64,000 nucleotides of DNA from Trueperaceae bacterium (GCA_965214405.1 OZ243956.1:3904001-3968000); one strand, 5' to 3'. Shown: positions 32,123 to 43,023, numbered from the stretch's first letter. The notes: generated by a model not told the origin, from the sequence alone. Numbers and translations are program-made.

Positions 32123-33461
32123 GAACGGCCTCCAACGGGCGGGCGCTACGCTCAAGCTCCTTAAGCGCCGTAACAAGAGCGTTTATATCGGCCTCCGTGG
32201 TCAGTTCGGTTGCGCAGAGGAGTACCGCGTCGCCGAGACCGTAAGACGTGGGCACGGGCACGCCCGCGTGAATCCCACGCTCAGCCAGCGCCTTGCGGAG
32301 CGCCGCCGCCGGGAGAGGCGAGCGCATGACGAATTCGTTGAAGAAGTGGGTACCCGTCAAGACCTCAAAGCCTGCATCTTGGAGCGCGTCAGCGAGTGCG
32401 TGCGCGTTCCCGACACTTGCCGTGGCGACCTCCCGCAGCCCCTGTGGCCCCAACGCCGCTAAATTCACCGCCGCCATGAGCGCGGCGAGTTGGTGGTTCG
32501 AGCAGATGTTGGATTTGGCCTTCGAGCGGCGGATGTGCTGCTCCCTGGCCTGGAGGGTGAGCACAAACGCGCGCTTGCCCTCCACGTCGGTCGTTTGCCC
32601 GACGATGCGCCCCGGAAGCTGCCGCAACAGCGCGTCGATCACGACCATAAAGCCGAAGCTGGGGCCGCCGAAATTCACCGGATTCCCCACCGTCTGCCCG
32701 TCGCCCACCGCGACGTCGGCCCCGTAGCCGCCGGGAGCCTTGAGCAGCGCCAAGGAAAGCGGGTCCACCACCGCGACAAAAAGCGCCCCTGCCGCGTGCG
32801 CCGCCTCGGCAAGGCGGGGCATGGCTTCAAGATAGCCTAGGAAATTAGGATTTTGGACGATGACGCAGGCAACATCGTCGGATACGTCCAGCTCGGGCGT
32901 GAGCAGGTCCTCGAGCCCCACCTCCACAATCTCGGTCTCGAGCGGCCTCAAGTAAGTCGCCAAAACCTCACGCGTCTCAAAATGCACGCCCTTCGAAACC
33001 ATCACCCGGTTTCGCCCCGTCTGCCGGAGCGCCAAAAGCGCTCCCTCCGCGACCGCGCTCGCGCCGTCGTACATCGACGCGTTCGAGACGGGCAGCTTGG
33101 TAAGTTCCGACATCATCGTCTGGTACTCAAAGGTCGCTTGCAGCATCCCCTGCGCCACCTCCGCCTGGTAGGGCGTGTAGGAGGTGACGAACTCGCTCTG
33201 CATCGCTAAGTGCGGCGTGACCGAGGGGATAAAGTGGCGTTGCGGCCCACCGCCCAAAAAGTTGGGACCCTGCACGGTGTTTTTGGCGGCGAGGTCTTCG
33301 AGGTGCCGCATTAAGCTCACCTCGTCCAGACCCGCGGGCAGGTCCATCTCGGGGCGGCGCAACGCCTTGGGCAACTCGGCGAAGAGGTCGTCGAGTGTAT
33401 TTACGCCGATGGTTTGGAGGGCTCGAGCCACATCCTCAAGCGTGTGGGGCAGATAGTTCAT
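32115..33461 (-). CDS. gcvPA: Glycine dehydrogenase subunit 1
   Basis: [28 protein letters not shown]. Confidence 0.96.
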   Translation of the reverse strand: MNYLPHTLEDVARALQTIGVNTLDDLFAELPKALRRPEMDLPAGLDEVSLMRHLEDLAAKNTVQGPNFLGGGPQRHFIPSVTPHLAMQSEFVTSYTPYQAEVAQGMLQATFEYQTMMSELTKLPVSNASMYDGASAVAEGALLALRQTGRNRVMVSKGVHFETREVLATYLRPLETEIVEVGLEDLLTPELDVSDDVACVIVQNPNFLGYLEAMPRLAEAAHAAGALFVAVVDPLSLALLKAPGGYGADVAVGDGQTVGNPVNFGGPSFGFMVVIDALLRQLPGRIVGQTTDVEGKRAFVLTLQAREQHIRRSKAKSNICSNHQLAALMAAVNLAALGPQGLREVATASVGNAHALADALQDAGFEVLTGTHFFNEFVMRSPLPAAALRKALAERGIHAGVPVPTSYGLGDAVLLCATELTTEADINALVTALKELERSARPLEAVHG

Positions 33462-33844
33462 CCCGCCTCCGCGGTTTTTTGGTACGCGACCGCGTCGAGC
33501 AGTCTGTCCAGCTCGCTTACGTTGCTCGAGCGTATCTTAAAGAGCCAGCCGTCCTCGTAGGGGGACTCGTTGATTCGCTCGGGTGTGGTCTCGAGCGCAC
33601 TGTTTACTTCGACAATGTCGCCCGACACGGGCGCGTAGATGTCCGAGGCCGTCTTGACCGACTCCACCACCGCCACCGCGTCGCCCGCCTTGACGGTCTT
33701 GCCTTTGTTAGGCAGTTCAACAAAGACTACGTCGCCGAGTTGGTCCTGGGCAAAGTCGCTGATGCCGACGGTGACCACGTCGCCTTCACCTTTACGGGTC
33801 CACTCGTGGGTCTCGCTGTACTTCAAATTTTCGGGTGTATTCAT
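33458..33844 (-). CDS. gcvH: Glycine cleavage H protein
   Basis: [12 protein letters not shown] lipoyl-lysine motif. Confidence 0.97.
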   Translation of the reverse strand: MNTPENLKYSETHEWTRKGEGDVVTVGISDFAQDQLGDVVFVELPNKGKTVKAGDAVAVVESVKTASDIYAPVSGDIVEVNSALETTPERINESPYEDGWLFKIRSSNVSELDRLLDAVAYQKTAEAG

Positions 33845-33883
33845 CGTATCTCCTTACGCTTGCGTCATTCCAGCATAGGCGAT

Positions 33884-34939
33884 TTAGGGCGTGTAGAAGG
33901 GAGGGTCTGCGACAGTCGCCGGAACGTGCCGCCCGCGAATCTCGACTGTGAGAGTCTGCCCGACATTCGCGTAAGCGGCGTCCACCCAACCCATCGCAAT
34001 GCTCTTTTTGGTGAGCGGCGAAACCGTTCCCGAGGTCACCTCTCCGACGCGCTCTCCGTCTAAGAAGAGGCCGTAACCTTCACGCGCGACGCCCCGTTCT
34101 AGCTCGAGCCCCACCAGCCTCCGCCCACACGCCCCGTTCCAGAGCGCGTCACGCCCGTAAAAAGGTTTATCCTTGACCACCCAGGCGTAGCTCGAGCACC
34201 GCGGGTTCGTTCCGTCAGTAAATTCATGACCGTAAAGGGGGAACCCGGCCTCGAGCCGCAGCGTGTCGCGCGCGCCCAAGCCGCAGGGCACCGCGCCCGC
34301 CGCCGTTAATGCTCCCCACACCCCCAGCGCGTCGTCGGGGGAGCAGAAGATTTCAAAGCCGTCCTCGCCCGTGTAGCCCGTGCGCGCGACTTTGATAGGG
34401 GCGGATTGGAGGGTGGTCTTGAGCATTCGGTTCTTCTTGAGCGCGCTTAAATTTGTGTCAACGAGAGGCTCGAGCAGCGCTTCGGCCCGGGGACCTTGCA
34501 AAGCCAGCAGCGCCCATTCACTCGATTCGTCTACCACCCGCGCGTCATAGTCTTCCGCCAACCTCTGCAAATGCGGCACCACCTGCGGCGTGTTGGCGGC
34601 GTTGCACACCACCAGATAGTCATCTTCGCCCTCACAATAGATGTAAAGGTCGTCAATAAGCCCACCCTTATCATTGGGCAGCATCGAGTATTGACCCCGC
34701 CCGGGCGTGAGTTTGGCGGGGTCGTTGAGGGTGGCAAAGCGCAAAAAGTCCGCTGCCCCGCCCCCCGTCACGCGCACCTCGCCCATGTGGCTCACGTCGA
34801 AAAGGCCCGCGCCGCGGCGCACCGCCAGGTGCTCAGACGCGATGCCTTCGTACTGGATGGGCATCTCCCAGCCCGCAAAGTCCACCATCCGCGCGCCATA
34901 TTTTAAGTGCGCGGGATAAAAAGGTGTTCGTTTCATCAT
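33884..34939 (-). CDS. gcvT: Glycine cleavage aminomethyltransferase T
   Basis: FDVSHMGE, RTGYTGEDGFE, GLGARDTLRLEAG. Confidence 0.97.
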   Translation of the reverse strand: MMKRTPFYPAHLKYGARMVDFAGWEMPIQYEGIASEHLAVRRGAGLFDVSHMGEVRVTGGGAADFLRFATLNDPAKLTPGRGQYSMLPNDKGGLIDDLYIYCEGEDDYLVVCNAANTPQVVPHLQRLAEDYDARVVDESSEWALLALQGPRAEALLEPLVDTNLSALKKNRMLKTTLQSAPIKVARTGYTGEDGFEIFCSPDDALGVWGALTAAGAVPCGLGARDTLRLEAGFPLYGHEFTDGTNPRCSSYAWVVKDKPFYGRDALWNGACGRRLVGLELERGVAREGYGLFLDGERVGEVTSGTVSPLTKKSIAMGWVDAAYANVGQTLTVEIRGRHVPATVADPPFYTP

Positions 34940-35058
34940 CGTCTATGACGATATCACGTGGGCGTGTACGATTTTCGGTGTTTAGTCCCTCTCAAAACAA
35001 CGCGTGACTCGGTGGGGCTGATTCATCAACTCCGCCAAGCCCTCTCTTATGCTGTCCT

Positions 35059-35649
35059 CTAAGTGGTTTGGGCGAGCTTCTCGAGCACCAACTTCGACAC
35101 GCCCCGCAGCGGCTCGAACACGCCCTGAAACTTGGCGGCCACGCCCTCGTAAAACTGCACCTTGCCGGTGGGGTCGAGGATTTTTTTGATCATGTCGGCG
35201 GGCACGGCGTCGGGCAGGTCACGCTTGTTGATCTGAATCACGTACGGCACGTCGCCCAAGGTGAGGTTATATTCTTTCAAGTTTTCGCGGAGGTTGCGTA
35301 AAGACTCGGCGTTCGCGCGTAGGCGGTTGGGCGCGGAGTCGGCGATGAAGACGACCCCATCCACGCCGCGAAGGATGAGTTTGCGCGACGAGTTGTAGAA
35401 CACCTGCCCCGGCACCGTGTAGAGGTGAAAGCGGGTTTTGAAGCCGTTGACCTGACCCAAATCGAGGGGCAGAAAGTCGAAGAAGAGCGTGCGCTCGTCC
35501 TCGGTTGCTAAGCTCACCATCTCGCCCTTGGAGTTCTCGGGTACGCGCTCGTAAATTTTCTTGAGGTTGGTGGTTTTACCCGACATGCCGGGGCCGTAGT
35601 AGACGATTTTGAAGTTGATTTCGCGCGCGGAAAAGTTGATTGTGCTCAT
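35059..35649 (-). CDS. mglA: MglA-family small GTPase
   Basis: [34 protein letters not shown]. Confidence 0.93.
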   Translation of the reverse strand: MSTINFSAREINFKIVYYGPGMSGKTTNLKKIYERVPENSKGEMVSLATEDERTLFFDFLPLDLGQVNGFKTRFHLYTVPGQVFYNSSRKLILRGVDGVVFIADSAPNRLRANAESLRNLRENLKEYNLTLGDVPYVIQINKRDLPDAVPADMIKKILDPTGKVQFYEGVAAKFQGVFEPLRGVSKLVLEKLAQTT

Positions 35650-36179
35650 TTGTCGCCACCCACTACGTCGCCAGGGATATCGTCAGGGTCATCAGAAAAG
35701 AGGCCGTCGAAAAGCGCCCCGGTGGAGTCGCTCCAGGAGGCGTCAAAGGTCAGGGTGGGCGCTTCGGCGGTGCTCGAGCTTATCGCCTTGCGAATCTCTT
35801 CGACTGCGCGTTTGGTTAAAAGCTTGACCTTGCCTAGCGCCGCCGACGAGTCGAAAATGGTCACCAGCAAGGCCTCGTCGCCAAGTTCTTCCAAATAGGT
35901 GCCGATTTCCTCGCCCTGCTGCACCGTCTCCCGGAAACCGGGCTCGCCCAAGAGCTTGGCGATGGCCGCGTTGGCCGAATAGTTAGACGCCACGAGCGTG
36001 GCGAGCGAGTCGAGCGAGGGCGGCTTGGGTGCCCACAGCGCGCGGCTGTGCATAAGAACGAAGCCCTTGAGGTCGATGATCAGCGCGTAACGCGCGCGGC
36101 TTTTGGTAAGGAGTTCGCTCAAAATGACGTCCACCTGGTCGTAGGTTTCGCCGTAGAGCTCGAGCGACGGTTCTAACAT
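35646..36179 (-). CDS. mglB: Roadblock/LC7 protein (MglB-like GAP)
   Basis: Roadblock-type sequence (SLATLVASN...LGE..F); overlaps mglA start; TATACT 6 nt before ATG 36179. Confidence 0.88.
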   Translation of the reverse strand: MLEPSLELYGETYDQVDVILSELLTKSRARYALIIDLKGFVLMHSRALWAPKPPSLDSLATLVASNYSANAAIAKLLGEPGFRETVQQGEEIGTYLEELGDEALLVTIFDSSAALGKVKLLTKRAVEEIRKAISSSTAEAPTLTFDASWSDSTGALFDGLFSDDPDDIPGDVVGGDK

Positions 36180-36327
36180 GCCGCGAGTATAGCCCGGGTG
36201 TTGGCGCGCTGGAGGGGGAAAGTTCGCATTGCGCGGGTTCTGGAAGCCTCGCCGACAGGTGTATGTAAACAGGTGTAGGTAAGAAGTGACGTTTGCGTCC
36301 ACGAACGCGCTAGAAAACCCCGTAAAC

Positions 36328-36876
36328 CTAAGCAAGCCCGACGAGGAGCGCGCCGAGCCCCCTTTTTAAGGCGCCCTGGGGTCCGCTCGAGCCGAACAGC
36401 CCGCCCCGCTCCAAGGAGACGAAACCGTGTAGAAAAGACCAGACCGCCACCGCGGCGGCGGTATCGTCCGGGTTGCCCGTCACCTCGCCGACCTGCGCCA
36501 GCACGAAAGTCCAGAGGTCCTTGCCCGGCCCTGGCGCGGCGAGGGTTGGGGCGCGTGGGGCCATCAGCAGATCGTAAAGCGCGGGTCGTGAACGCGCGAA
36601 GTCGAGGTAGGCGTGCGCGAGCGCGGTCACGGCTTCGTGTGGTGCCAGATGCTCCGTCGCCTCTCTCAACCGCTCGAGCAGCAGGCGGCTGCCCTCGTCA
36701 CCCAGCGTGGCCTCGAGCGCGGACCGGTCCGCGTAGTGGCGGTAGAGGCTCGAGACGCTCAGGCTCAGTTCTTTAGCGAGATTTCGCATGGTGAGCGCGT
36801 CCGCGCCGCGCTGCTCGAGCAGGTCCAGCGCGAAAGCGAGTATGGTGTCGGCGTCCGCTTTGGCGGGGTAAGGCAT
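36328..36876 (-). CDS. TetR family regulator
   Basis: LTMRNLAKELSLSVSSLYRHY; WSFLHG. Confidence 0.9.
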   Translation of the reverse strand: MPYPAKADADTILAFALDLLEQRGADALTMRNLAKELSLSVSSLYRHYADRSALEATLGDEGSRLLLERLREATEHLAPHEAVTALAHAYLDFARSRPALYDLLMAPRAPTLAAPGPGKDLWTFVLAQVGEVTGNPDDTAAAVAVWSFLHGFVSLERGGLFGSSGPQGALKRGLGALLVGLA

Positions 36877-36878
36877 AG

Positions 36879-36930
36879 GTGAACAGTGTACGTCTTGACA
36901 ACAAAAGACGCAAGGTGTACAGTGTTCGTC
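36879..36930. promoter_or_regulatory. Two putative TetR operators in divergent promoter
   Basis: GTGAACAGTGTACGTC (36879-36894) and GTGTACAGTGTTCGTC (36915-36930) flank TTGACA. Confidence 0.65.
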
Positions 36931-36984
36931 ATAAAGAAGAACAACGTTCTTCTTTGAAGAATCTGATTCAGAAAGGATTTCACC

Positions 36985-37386
36985 ATGATTTCAACAAATG
37001 GCGCGGCTCGAGGCCCATCCGACGCGTGGCATCCTCTTCTCCCTGGCTTCCTTCTCCGTACGGAGGGCGCTGCGCTTCTGACGCTCAGCACGCTGATGTT
37101 TTTTCACCTGGGCGGCTCCTGGATTCTCTTTCTCGCGCTCGTTCTCGCGCCCGACGTTGCCATGCTCGGCTATCTGGCGGGGCCGCGGGTGGGGGCGATG
37201 AGCTACAACCTCGTTCACGCCTACTTGCTTCCCGCTGCGCTTCTCGCTTATGGGTTTTTCGCCGCGGCACCTCCCGCCTTGCTCGTGTCGCTCGTGTGGT
37301 TCGCCCACATCGGCCTCGACCGCACCCTCGGCTACGGCCTCAAATTTCCCACGGGTTTCAAGGAGACGCACTTGGGGCGGCTGTAG
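36985..37386 (+). CDS. DUF4260-like membrane protein
   Basis: LRTEG, PDVAMLGYL, YNLVH, HIGLDRTLGYGLK, FKETHLG. Confidence 0.85.
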   Translation: MISTNGAARGPSDAWHPLLPGFLLRTEGAALLTLSTLMFFHLGGSWILFLALVLAPDVAMLGYLAGPRVGAMSYNLVHAYLLPAALLAYGFFAAAPPALLVSLVWFAHIGLDRTLGYGLKFPTGFKETHLGRL

Positions 37387-37489
37387 CGCGCAAAGGAGCG
37401 GTTCGCGCTTTGTGCGTAGCGGGTGGGGGGGACGTGGAGGGAAACGCTTGGTAGTCTTGTGGAAGCGTTTCTCAATTCTTAGGAGCCCC

Positions 37490-38143
37490 ATGACCGACCC
37501 CGACACCCTCGAGCCCTCGTCCTCACCAACGAAAAGTGGTTTGGCAAAACTTGGCGACGCGCTCAGCGGGAGCCTCGCCAAAAGCCTCACCAAAAGTCAG
37601 AGTGCGCTGGCGCGGCGGCGTGCGTTGGGGACGGTGTATCTGCTCATCGACTGCTCCTCGAGCATGGCGGACGGTCGCAAGCTCGAGCAGGCGAAGCGGG
37701 GCAGCTTGCGTTTTTCGGTCGAGGCCTGGAGACGGTCACACGCGGTCGGGGTCATCGGCTTTTCGGGGCGGCCCTTTTGCCTCTTTAACGCGCGGCTTTT
37801 TGACGAGAGACTGGCGGGGCGTTTGGGCGAACTCCAGGCGGACGGTCGCACCGCGATGGCGGGCGCGATCCGCATGGCGACCGCCAAGCTGCGGCGGCGG
37901 CGGGGCCAAAGGACCATCATCTTGATTACCGACGGAATGCCCGACAGCCGCGAGGCCACGCTCGCCGCCGCTCACTTCGCCAGGGCGAGCGGTATCGAGG
38001 TCGTCGCCATCGGCACGGACGGCGCGGACGAGCTCTTTCTGGCTTCGCTCACGCCCCGCGCGGAGTTGGCCGTCAAGGTGGCGCGGGGGGCGCTCGAGGA
38101 GAGCATCCACGCGGCGGTGAGGGTCTTGCCCAAGGCGTCTTAA
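37490..38143 (+). CDS. vWA domain protein
   Basis: MIDAS DCSSSM, T, ITDG; AGGAG RBS before ATG 37490. Confidence 0.85.
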   Translation: MTDPDTLEPSSSPTKSGLAKLGDALSGSLAKSLTKSQSALARRRALGTVYLLIDCSSSMADGRKLEQAKRGSLRFSVEAWRRSHAVGVIGFSGRPFCLFNARLFDERLAGRLGELQADGRTAMAGAIRMATAKLRRRRGQRTIILITDGMPDSREATLAAAHFARASGIEVVAIGTDGADELFLASLTPRAELAVKVARGALEESIHAAVRVLPKAS

Positions 38144-38199
38144 TATAATGGCGTGTAATGAGTTTTTCGCCCTCGTGATGAATTAGTCCGGCTGCCACT

Positions 38200-38640
38200 A
38201 TGAACCTGAGCAATCTTTTGGGTTTTACATTTGCCGTCATCGTTTCGGCCATCGCCTTGTTACACTTTTACTGGGCGGCAGGGAACCACAAAGGTGCGTC
38301 GTCAGCCGTTCCTACACGTGACGGTCAGCCGCTCTTTAGACCGAGTTCTTTGGCAACGGCTTCTGTGGGGGTGGCCCTTTTGTTGGCTGCTGCGCTTTCG
38401 CTCGAGTACATAGGTGTTTTTGCTTTACCCCTACCCCTCTGGCCAACGTCACTCGGCATGTGGATATTGGGTGCAGTATTTTTACTTCGCGCCGTTGGAG
38501 ATTTCCGTTACGTCGGCTTCTTCAAGCGCCACACGGACACGCGTTTCGCAAGGCTGGACACGCTCTTCTACAGCCCTCTTTGTCTGCTCCTATCCGCCTC
38601 GGTTTTCGGAGCCATCCTTACTGCTTCGCCGCTCGATTAG
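38200..38640 (+). CDS. DUF3995-like membrane protein
   Basis: LHFYWAAG, RAVGDFRYVGFFK, YSPLCL. Confidence 0.8.
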   Translation: MNLSNLLGFTFAVIVSAIALLHFYWAAGNHKGASSAVPTRDGQPLFRPSSLATASVGVALLLAAALSLEYIGVFALPLPLWPTSLGMWILGAVFLLRAVGDFRYVGFFKRHTDTRFARLDTLFYSPLCLLLSASVFGAILTASPLD

Positions 38641-38726
38641 GCTTTGTGAGGGTGCTCTGGGTGAGGGTCTTCTGGGGTGTAGGATGCTCGAGCTGCCCCC
38701 ACAAAGCCGCGTGATAGCATCAAACC

Positions 38727-39593
38727 GTGAGCGTCGTTCCCTCCCCAGAACGTAGAACCTTTAAGACGTACCTGGATTTCGTCAAATTCGAACACACCCT
38801 GTTCGCGCTGCCTTTCGCTTACGGCGGGATGCTTTTGGCTGAGCGCGGCTGGCCCGGTTTCGTCACCTTCTTCTGGATTACCGTGGCGATGGTGGGCGCG
38901 CGCACCGCGAGCATGGCGCTCAACCGCGTGATAGACGCCGATATGGACGCGCGCAACCCGCGGACCCGCACGCGCGAGATTCCCAAGGGCGTCCTAACCA
39001 AGCGTAACGGCGTCGTGCTGGCCGTCCTCTCTTTTCTGCTGCTGGGCCTCGCAGGTTGGGCGCTCAACCCGCTCACGCTGGCGCTCCTGCCGGTGGCGGT
39101 GTTTTTTCTGGCGCTCTATCCCTACACCAAGCGCTTTACCCCGCTCTGTCACTACTGGCTGGGGCTTACCATCGGCGCGGCGGCGGCGGGGGGCTGGATC
39201 GCGGTCACGGGCGCGTTTGCGCCCGCCGCCGTCACGCTCTGGGCGGGGGTGGGGTTTTGGATCGCGGGCTTTGACATCCTCTACGCGGTGCTCGACGTTG
39301 ACTTTGACCGCCGCCACGGCGTCCACAGCGTCCCCGCGCGTTTTGGCGTGGACACGGCGCTCCACACCTCCGCGGCGACGCACCTGCTCGCCTGGGGCTG
39401 CCTCGCGCTGACGCTGCCCCTCGCGGGGGCGGGTTGGCCCTACGCCGTGGGTCTTGGACTGGTGGCCGCCGTGCTTGTCAGGGAGCATCAGTTGGTGGCG
39501 ACGAGAGACGTTGGCGACGTGCTCAAATCGTTTAACGCCAATCTTTACGTCGGCCTGATTATGCTCCTGGCGATTATTGTGGATGTCGTTTGA
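38727..39593 (+). CDS. UbiA-family prenyltransferase (MqnP-like)
   Basis: KFEHTLFALPF, NRVIDADMDARNPRT, FDILYA. Confidence 0.9.
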   Translation: MSVVPSPERRTFKTYLDFVKFEHTLFALPFAYGGMLLAERGWPGFVTFFWITVAMVGARTASMALNRVIDADMDARNPRTRTREIPKGVLTKRNGVVLAVLSFLLLGLAGWALNPLTLALLPVAVFFLALYPYTKRFTPLCHYWLGLTIGAAAAGGWIAVTGAFAPAAVTLWAGVGFWIAGFDILYAVLDVDFDRRHGVHSVPARFGVDTALHTSAATHLLAWGCLALTLPLAGAGWPYAVGLGLVAAVLVREHQLVATRDVGDVLKSFNANLYVGLIMLLAIIVDVV

Positions 39594-39646
39594 TTTCTTG
39601 ACAAGACCGCCGAGAACCCATACACTCTTCTAGGTAAGTTACGCGT

Positions 39647-39722
39647 GGAGCCGTAGTGTAGCGGTTAGCATATCTGCCTGTCACGCAGAAGGTCGCGGGT
39701 TCAAATCCCGTCGGCTCCGCCA
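39647..39722 (+). tRNA. tRNA-Asp (GTC)
   Basis: GGAGCCG acceptor stem, anticodon loop CTGTCAC, GGTTCAAATCC T-loop, encoded CCA; promoter TTGACA 39598 / TACACT 39621. Confidence 0.97.
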
Positions 39723-40027
39723 CAAAGCCTCGAGCACGATAATTTCCAGCGCTACCCTTGCATATGACCGTGAGCGTTGTGAGTTATCAGGCTCGAGGCT
39801 TCTTTATGCGTCAACATCTATAATATCTTGAGTCAAGCAGCAACGAGAATTCTACCAAAAAACGATTTTGGGACGATATTTTCTGTGCTCGACGTGTTCC
39901 AGATCAGATGTTACCTGGAGCGCGGGCTCGAGCCCTTCCCCACCCTTTTCTGTATTTTTAACCACCCTTTCACGAGATGTCGTTATATCTCGCACTCTTT
40001 TCTGCCAGACTTTGTTACCTTGCAGGG

Positions 40028-40663
40028 GTGCAACTGCCTCTGTTTCCGCTTTCGCTCGCCGTCTTTCCGGGGATGACCCTGCCGCTTCACATTTTCGAGG
40101 AGCGCTACAAAAAGATGGTGCGGGACTGCGTGGAACAAAATCAGCGGCGTTTTGTGATTGTGCTGGCTAAGCCCGCGGTAGATATTAGCGACCGGGACGC
40201 GCCCCTTTACGACGTGGGCAGTTTTGTTGACATTTTGACGGTATCTGAAAATCCTGACGGCACCTATGACATGCTGGCGCACGGTCAGGAGCGGTGCAAG
40301 GTGCGGGTGACGGAGCGTGAGAGCGTCCAGGAGATGGACGGCTCGACGCGCGGGCTTCTCTACACCGCCGAGGAAGCGTATCCGTTGGGGCGCGGCGACC
40401 CCAACTTAGAGCGCGTCGCCGCCTGGGACGCGCTCGACACCTTTCGGGAGTACGCGCGCACCTTTTTTACGCCCGACGCCGCCGAGCAAATCGACGAGGC
40501 GTTGCCCGACGACCTCGTTTACCAGGCGTCATTCATCTGCGCGAACCTGCGGGTGCCCGTGACGTCGCGTCAGGTGATGCTCGAGGCTCCCTCGCTCACC
40601 GAGCGGTTCAACGTGGCGCAGAGGTTGATGCAGGAGCTGCTTCAGATGAGCCGGGCGTCTTGA
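40028..40663 (+). CDS. LON peptidase N-terminal (substrate-binding) domain protein
   Basis: LPLFPLSLAVFPGMTLPLHIFEERY motif. Confidence 0.9.
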   Translation: MQLPLFPLSLAVFPGMTLPLHIFEERYKKMVRDCVEQNQRRFVIVLAKPAVDISDRDAPLYDVGSFVDILTVSENPDGTYDMLAHGQERCKVRVTERESVQEMDGSTRGLLYTAEEAYPLGRGDPNLERVAAWDALDTFREYARTFFTPDAAEQIDEALPDDLVYQASFICANLRVPVTSRQVMLEAPSLTERFNVAQRLMQELLQMSRAS

Positions 40664-40751
40664 TGGTTGATATTAAGTAAGACCGTAAAAACTTCTACGT
40701 TTATGCCGAGAGACCAGCCCGCGCCAAACTAGCGCGGGCTGGGCAGGGTGT

Positions 40752-41273
40752 CTATTGAAATGTTATGAAGGCACGTTCTTCTTCAATGCCGTAGATGATG
40801 TACAGAAACTTGCTGTTCTCGTCTAACGCTCCGTAGTAACCGACCACTGTCACGCCTTTCGCCTCGGTGGTCGTTAGCTTAACATCGTGGGTAACTTCGA
40901 TAACCTCGCCCTTCCTTACTGTTATAGCTCGCTCTACAGACAAAGGTTCGTCATTCGCCACAGTAAGGCCACCGGGCAAAGCTAGAGATTCGCAAACTTC
41001 TTCGGAGCTGGTGATAAGTTCATCAGATGGGATGAAGCACAGGCCGAAGACTGCTCTTGGAATGGTTTCCTCTTCAATCTCGTTAGGTGTTGCGAGAGTG
41101 TATCCGCCCTTTACTGTGACCTCTACAAACTCACCAACTTCAGCGGTGCTTGTACTCACCGTGGCATAGGGAGGAAGACCACTTGCGGGTAGGGCCTTTG
41201 AAGGCGTACAGCCACCAACAAGAGCTGCGAGAAGAGTCAACATCAGGAAAGCTTTAGTTATGGCATCCTCCAT
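40752..41273 (-). CDS. Array lipoprotein copy 5 (start codon uncertain)
   Basis: Lipobox LVGGC; FGLCFIPS motif; the position homologous to the paralogs' start reads ATA (41261). Confidence 0.8.
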   Translation of the reverse strand: MEDAITKAFLMLTLLAALVGGCTPSKALPASGLPPYATVSTSTAEVGEFVEVTVKGGYTLATPNEIEEETIPRAVFGLCFIPSDELITSSEEVCESLALPGGLTVANDEPLSVERAITVRKGEVIEVTHDVKLTTTEAKGVTVVGYYGALDENSKFLYIIYGIEEERAFITFQ

Positions 41274-41340
41274 CCAGGGAAAAGTAACAAGAAGGAAGCA
41301 ACACGGCCTACACCAAGCTGATGCGAGCCGTGTTGGGTGC

Positions 41341-41850
41341 CTACTGAAATCTTACAAAGGCGCGCTCTGTCTGAAGATTGCCCACGGGTTCTACAGACTC
41401 GCCATCCTCCCCCAAAAATCCGTGATACCCAACTATGGTCACGCCTTTTGCTTCTGTGGCTGACAGTCGGATGTTGTGGCTTACCTCAACCGTCTCCCCA
41501 TGCCTTACCGTGACATCCTGTACGGTGTACAAGGGCTCACCATCCGCCACGACAAAACCGTCAGGCAGCGATAGGGTGTCGCAATACCTTTCGGAGTCCA
41601 CAGTAAGTTCCTCAGAAGGGATGAAGCAGAGACCGAAGACCGCCTCTGGAATCGTCTGTTCCTCAAAAGTGGAGGATTCTTGGAGTATGAATCCGCTCGT
41701 CACTGTGACCTGTACGAATTCGCCAACCGCGACGATGTTTGAACTTACCGTAACCACGGGCATAAGAACGTCTGCGGGTCTACCTCTTCCAATTGTACAA
41801 CCACTGACAAGAGTTGCAAGGAGAGCCAACATTAGATAAGCCTTGGTCAC
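41341..41850 (-). CDS. Array lipoprotein copy 4
   Basis: Lipobox LVSGC; AVFGLCFIPS; ATEAKGVTIVGY. Confidence 0.85.
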   Translation of the reverse strand: MTKAYLMLALLATLVSGCTIGRGRPADVLMPVVTVSSNIVAVGEFVQVTVTSGFILQESSTFEEQTIPEAVFGLCFIPSEELTVDSERYCDTLSLPDGFVVADGEPLYTVQDVTVRHGETVEVSHNIRLSATEAKGVTIVGYHGFLGEDGESVEPVGNLQTERAFVRFQ

Positions 41851-41934
41851 ACAGTGTCCTTCCTTTATTTTATTTGTGGGTAGTAGGAAGCGAACAACAC
41901 GGCCCGCGTAAGTTATGCGGGCCGTGCAGAGTGG

Positions 41935-42445
41935 CTACTGAAACACTATAAAAGCGCGCTCTTTTTCGATGCCGTAGTGGATGTATATGAACTCGCCGTC
42001 TTCTCCTAATTCCCCGCTATACCCGATAACTGTCACACCTCTTGCCTCGGTGGCCGTTAGCTGAATGCTGTGGGTGACCTCGACAACTTCCCCTTTTCTT
42101 ACCGTTACGGTTCGCTCTATAGACAAAGGTTCGTCATTCGCCACAGCAAAGCCGTCGGGCAAAGCTAAGGATTCGCAAACCTCCTCGGAACTGGTGACAA
42201 GTTCGTTGGACGGGATGAAGCAGAGGCCGAAGACTGCTCTTGAGATGGTTTCTTCTTCAATCAGGTTAGGCGTCCCAAGCCTATAGCCACCTGATCACTG
42301 TGGTCCGCACAAACTTGCCAACTTCAGCGGTACTTGTGCTAGCCGTAGCATAAGGAGGAAGGCTACCTGCTGGTCGAGCCCTTGAAGGTGTGCAACCACT
42401 AATAAGGAAGCCAATGAGAGTTAACACTAAAAAGGCTTTAATCAC
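41935..42445 (-). pseudogene. Array lipoprotein copy 3, frameshifted
   Basis: GGAGG RBS, GTG 42445, lipobox LISGC; one extra base at ~42292-42296 (span 511 nt = 170x3+1). Confidence 0.85.
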
Positions 42446-42510
42446 GGCAGCCTCCGCGAAGAGTTCAAAAAAGAGCTACAGCCCAAGTTGGCTTGGGCTG
42501 TATGTGATGT

Positions 42511-43023
42511 CTACCGAAACTCTACAAAAACGCGCCCCCCTATCACGCGACCAGTAGGTACAGGTGTTACAGAGCCGTCGTCTTCTAAGACTCCCTCGTA
42601 TCCAACTATAGTCACGCCTCTCGCTTCTGTAGCCGTTAACCGGATGCTGTGGCTAACCTCGACGGTTTCCCCTCTTCTTATCGTGATGGTTTGTGCCTTA
42701 TATAAAGGCTCGTCATCTGCCACAACAAAACCGCCAGGTAATGATAATGAGTCACAAGTCCCATCCGGGTAATCAACAAGGCTTTCAGAGGGGATGAAAC
42801 AGAGGCCGAAAACTGCTCCTGGAATCGTCTGCTCTTCGACCGTGGTGAGTTCTGTAAGTCTATACCCGCCTGTTACTGTGACCTGGACAAGATTGCCAAC
42901 TTCGGCAGAGCCTGAGCCAACTGTGACGATTGGCTTGAGGCCGACTGCGAGCTGGTTTTTGTCAGCCATGCAGCCACTGAAGAGGAGACTAAGGAAGGTC
43001 AACACTAAAAAAGCTCTGGTCAT
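42511..43023 (-). CDS. Array lipoprotein copy 2
   Basis: ATG 43023; lipobox LFSGC; FGLCFIPS. Confidence 0.85.
   Translation of the reverse strand: MTRAFLVLTFLSLLFSGCMADKNQLAVGLKPIVTVGSGSAEVGNLVQVTVTGGYRLTELTTVEEQTIPGAVFGLCFIPSESLVDYPDGTCDSLSLPGGFVVADDEPLYKAQTITIRRGETVEVSHSIRLTATEARGVTIVGYEGVLEDDGSVTPVPTGRVIGGRVFVEFR

Noticed and set aside
34940..35058. Glycine riboswitch upstream of gcvT
   Set aside because: Gap is short, has no aptamer consensus, and gcvT appears leaderless.
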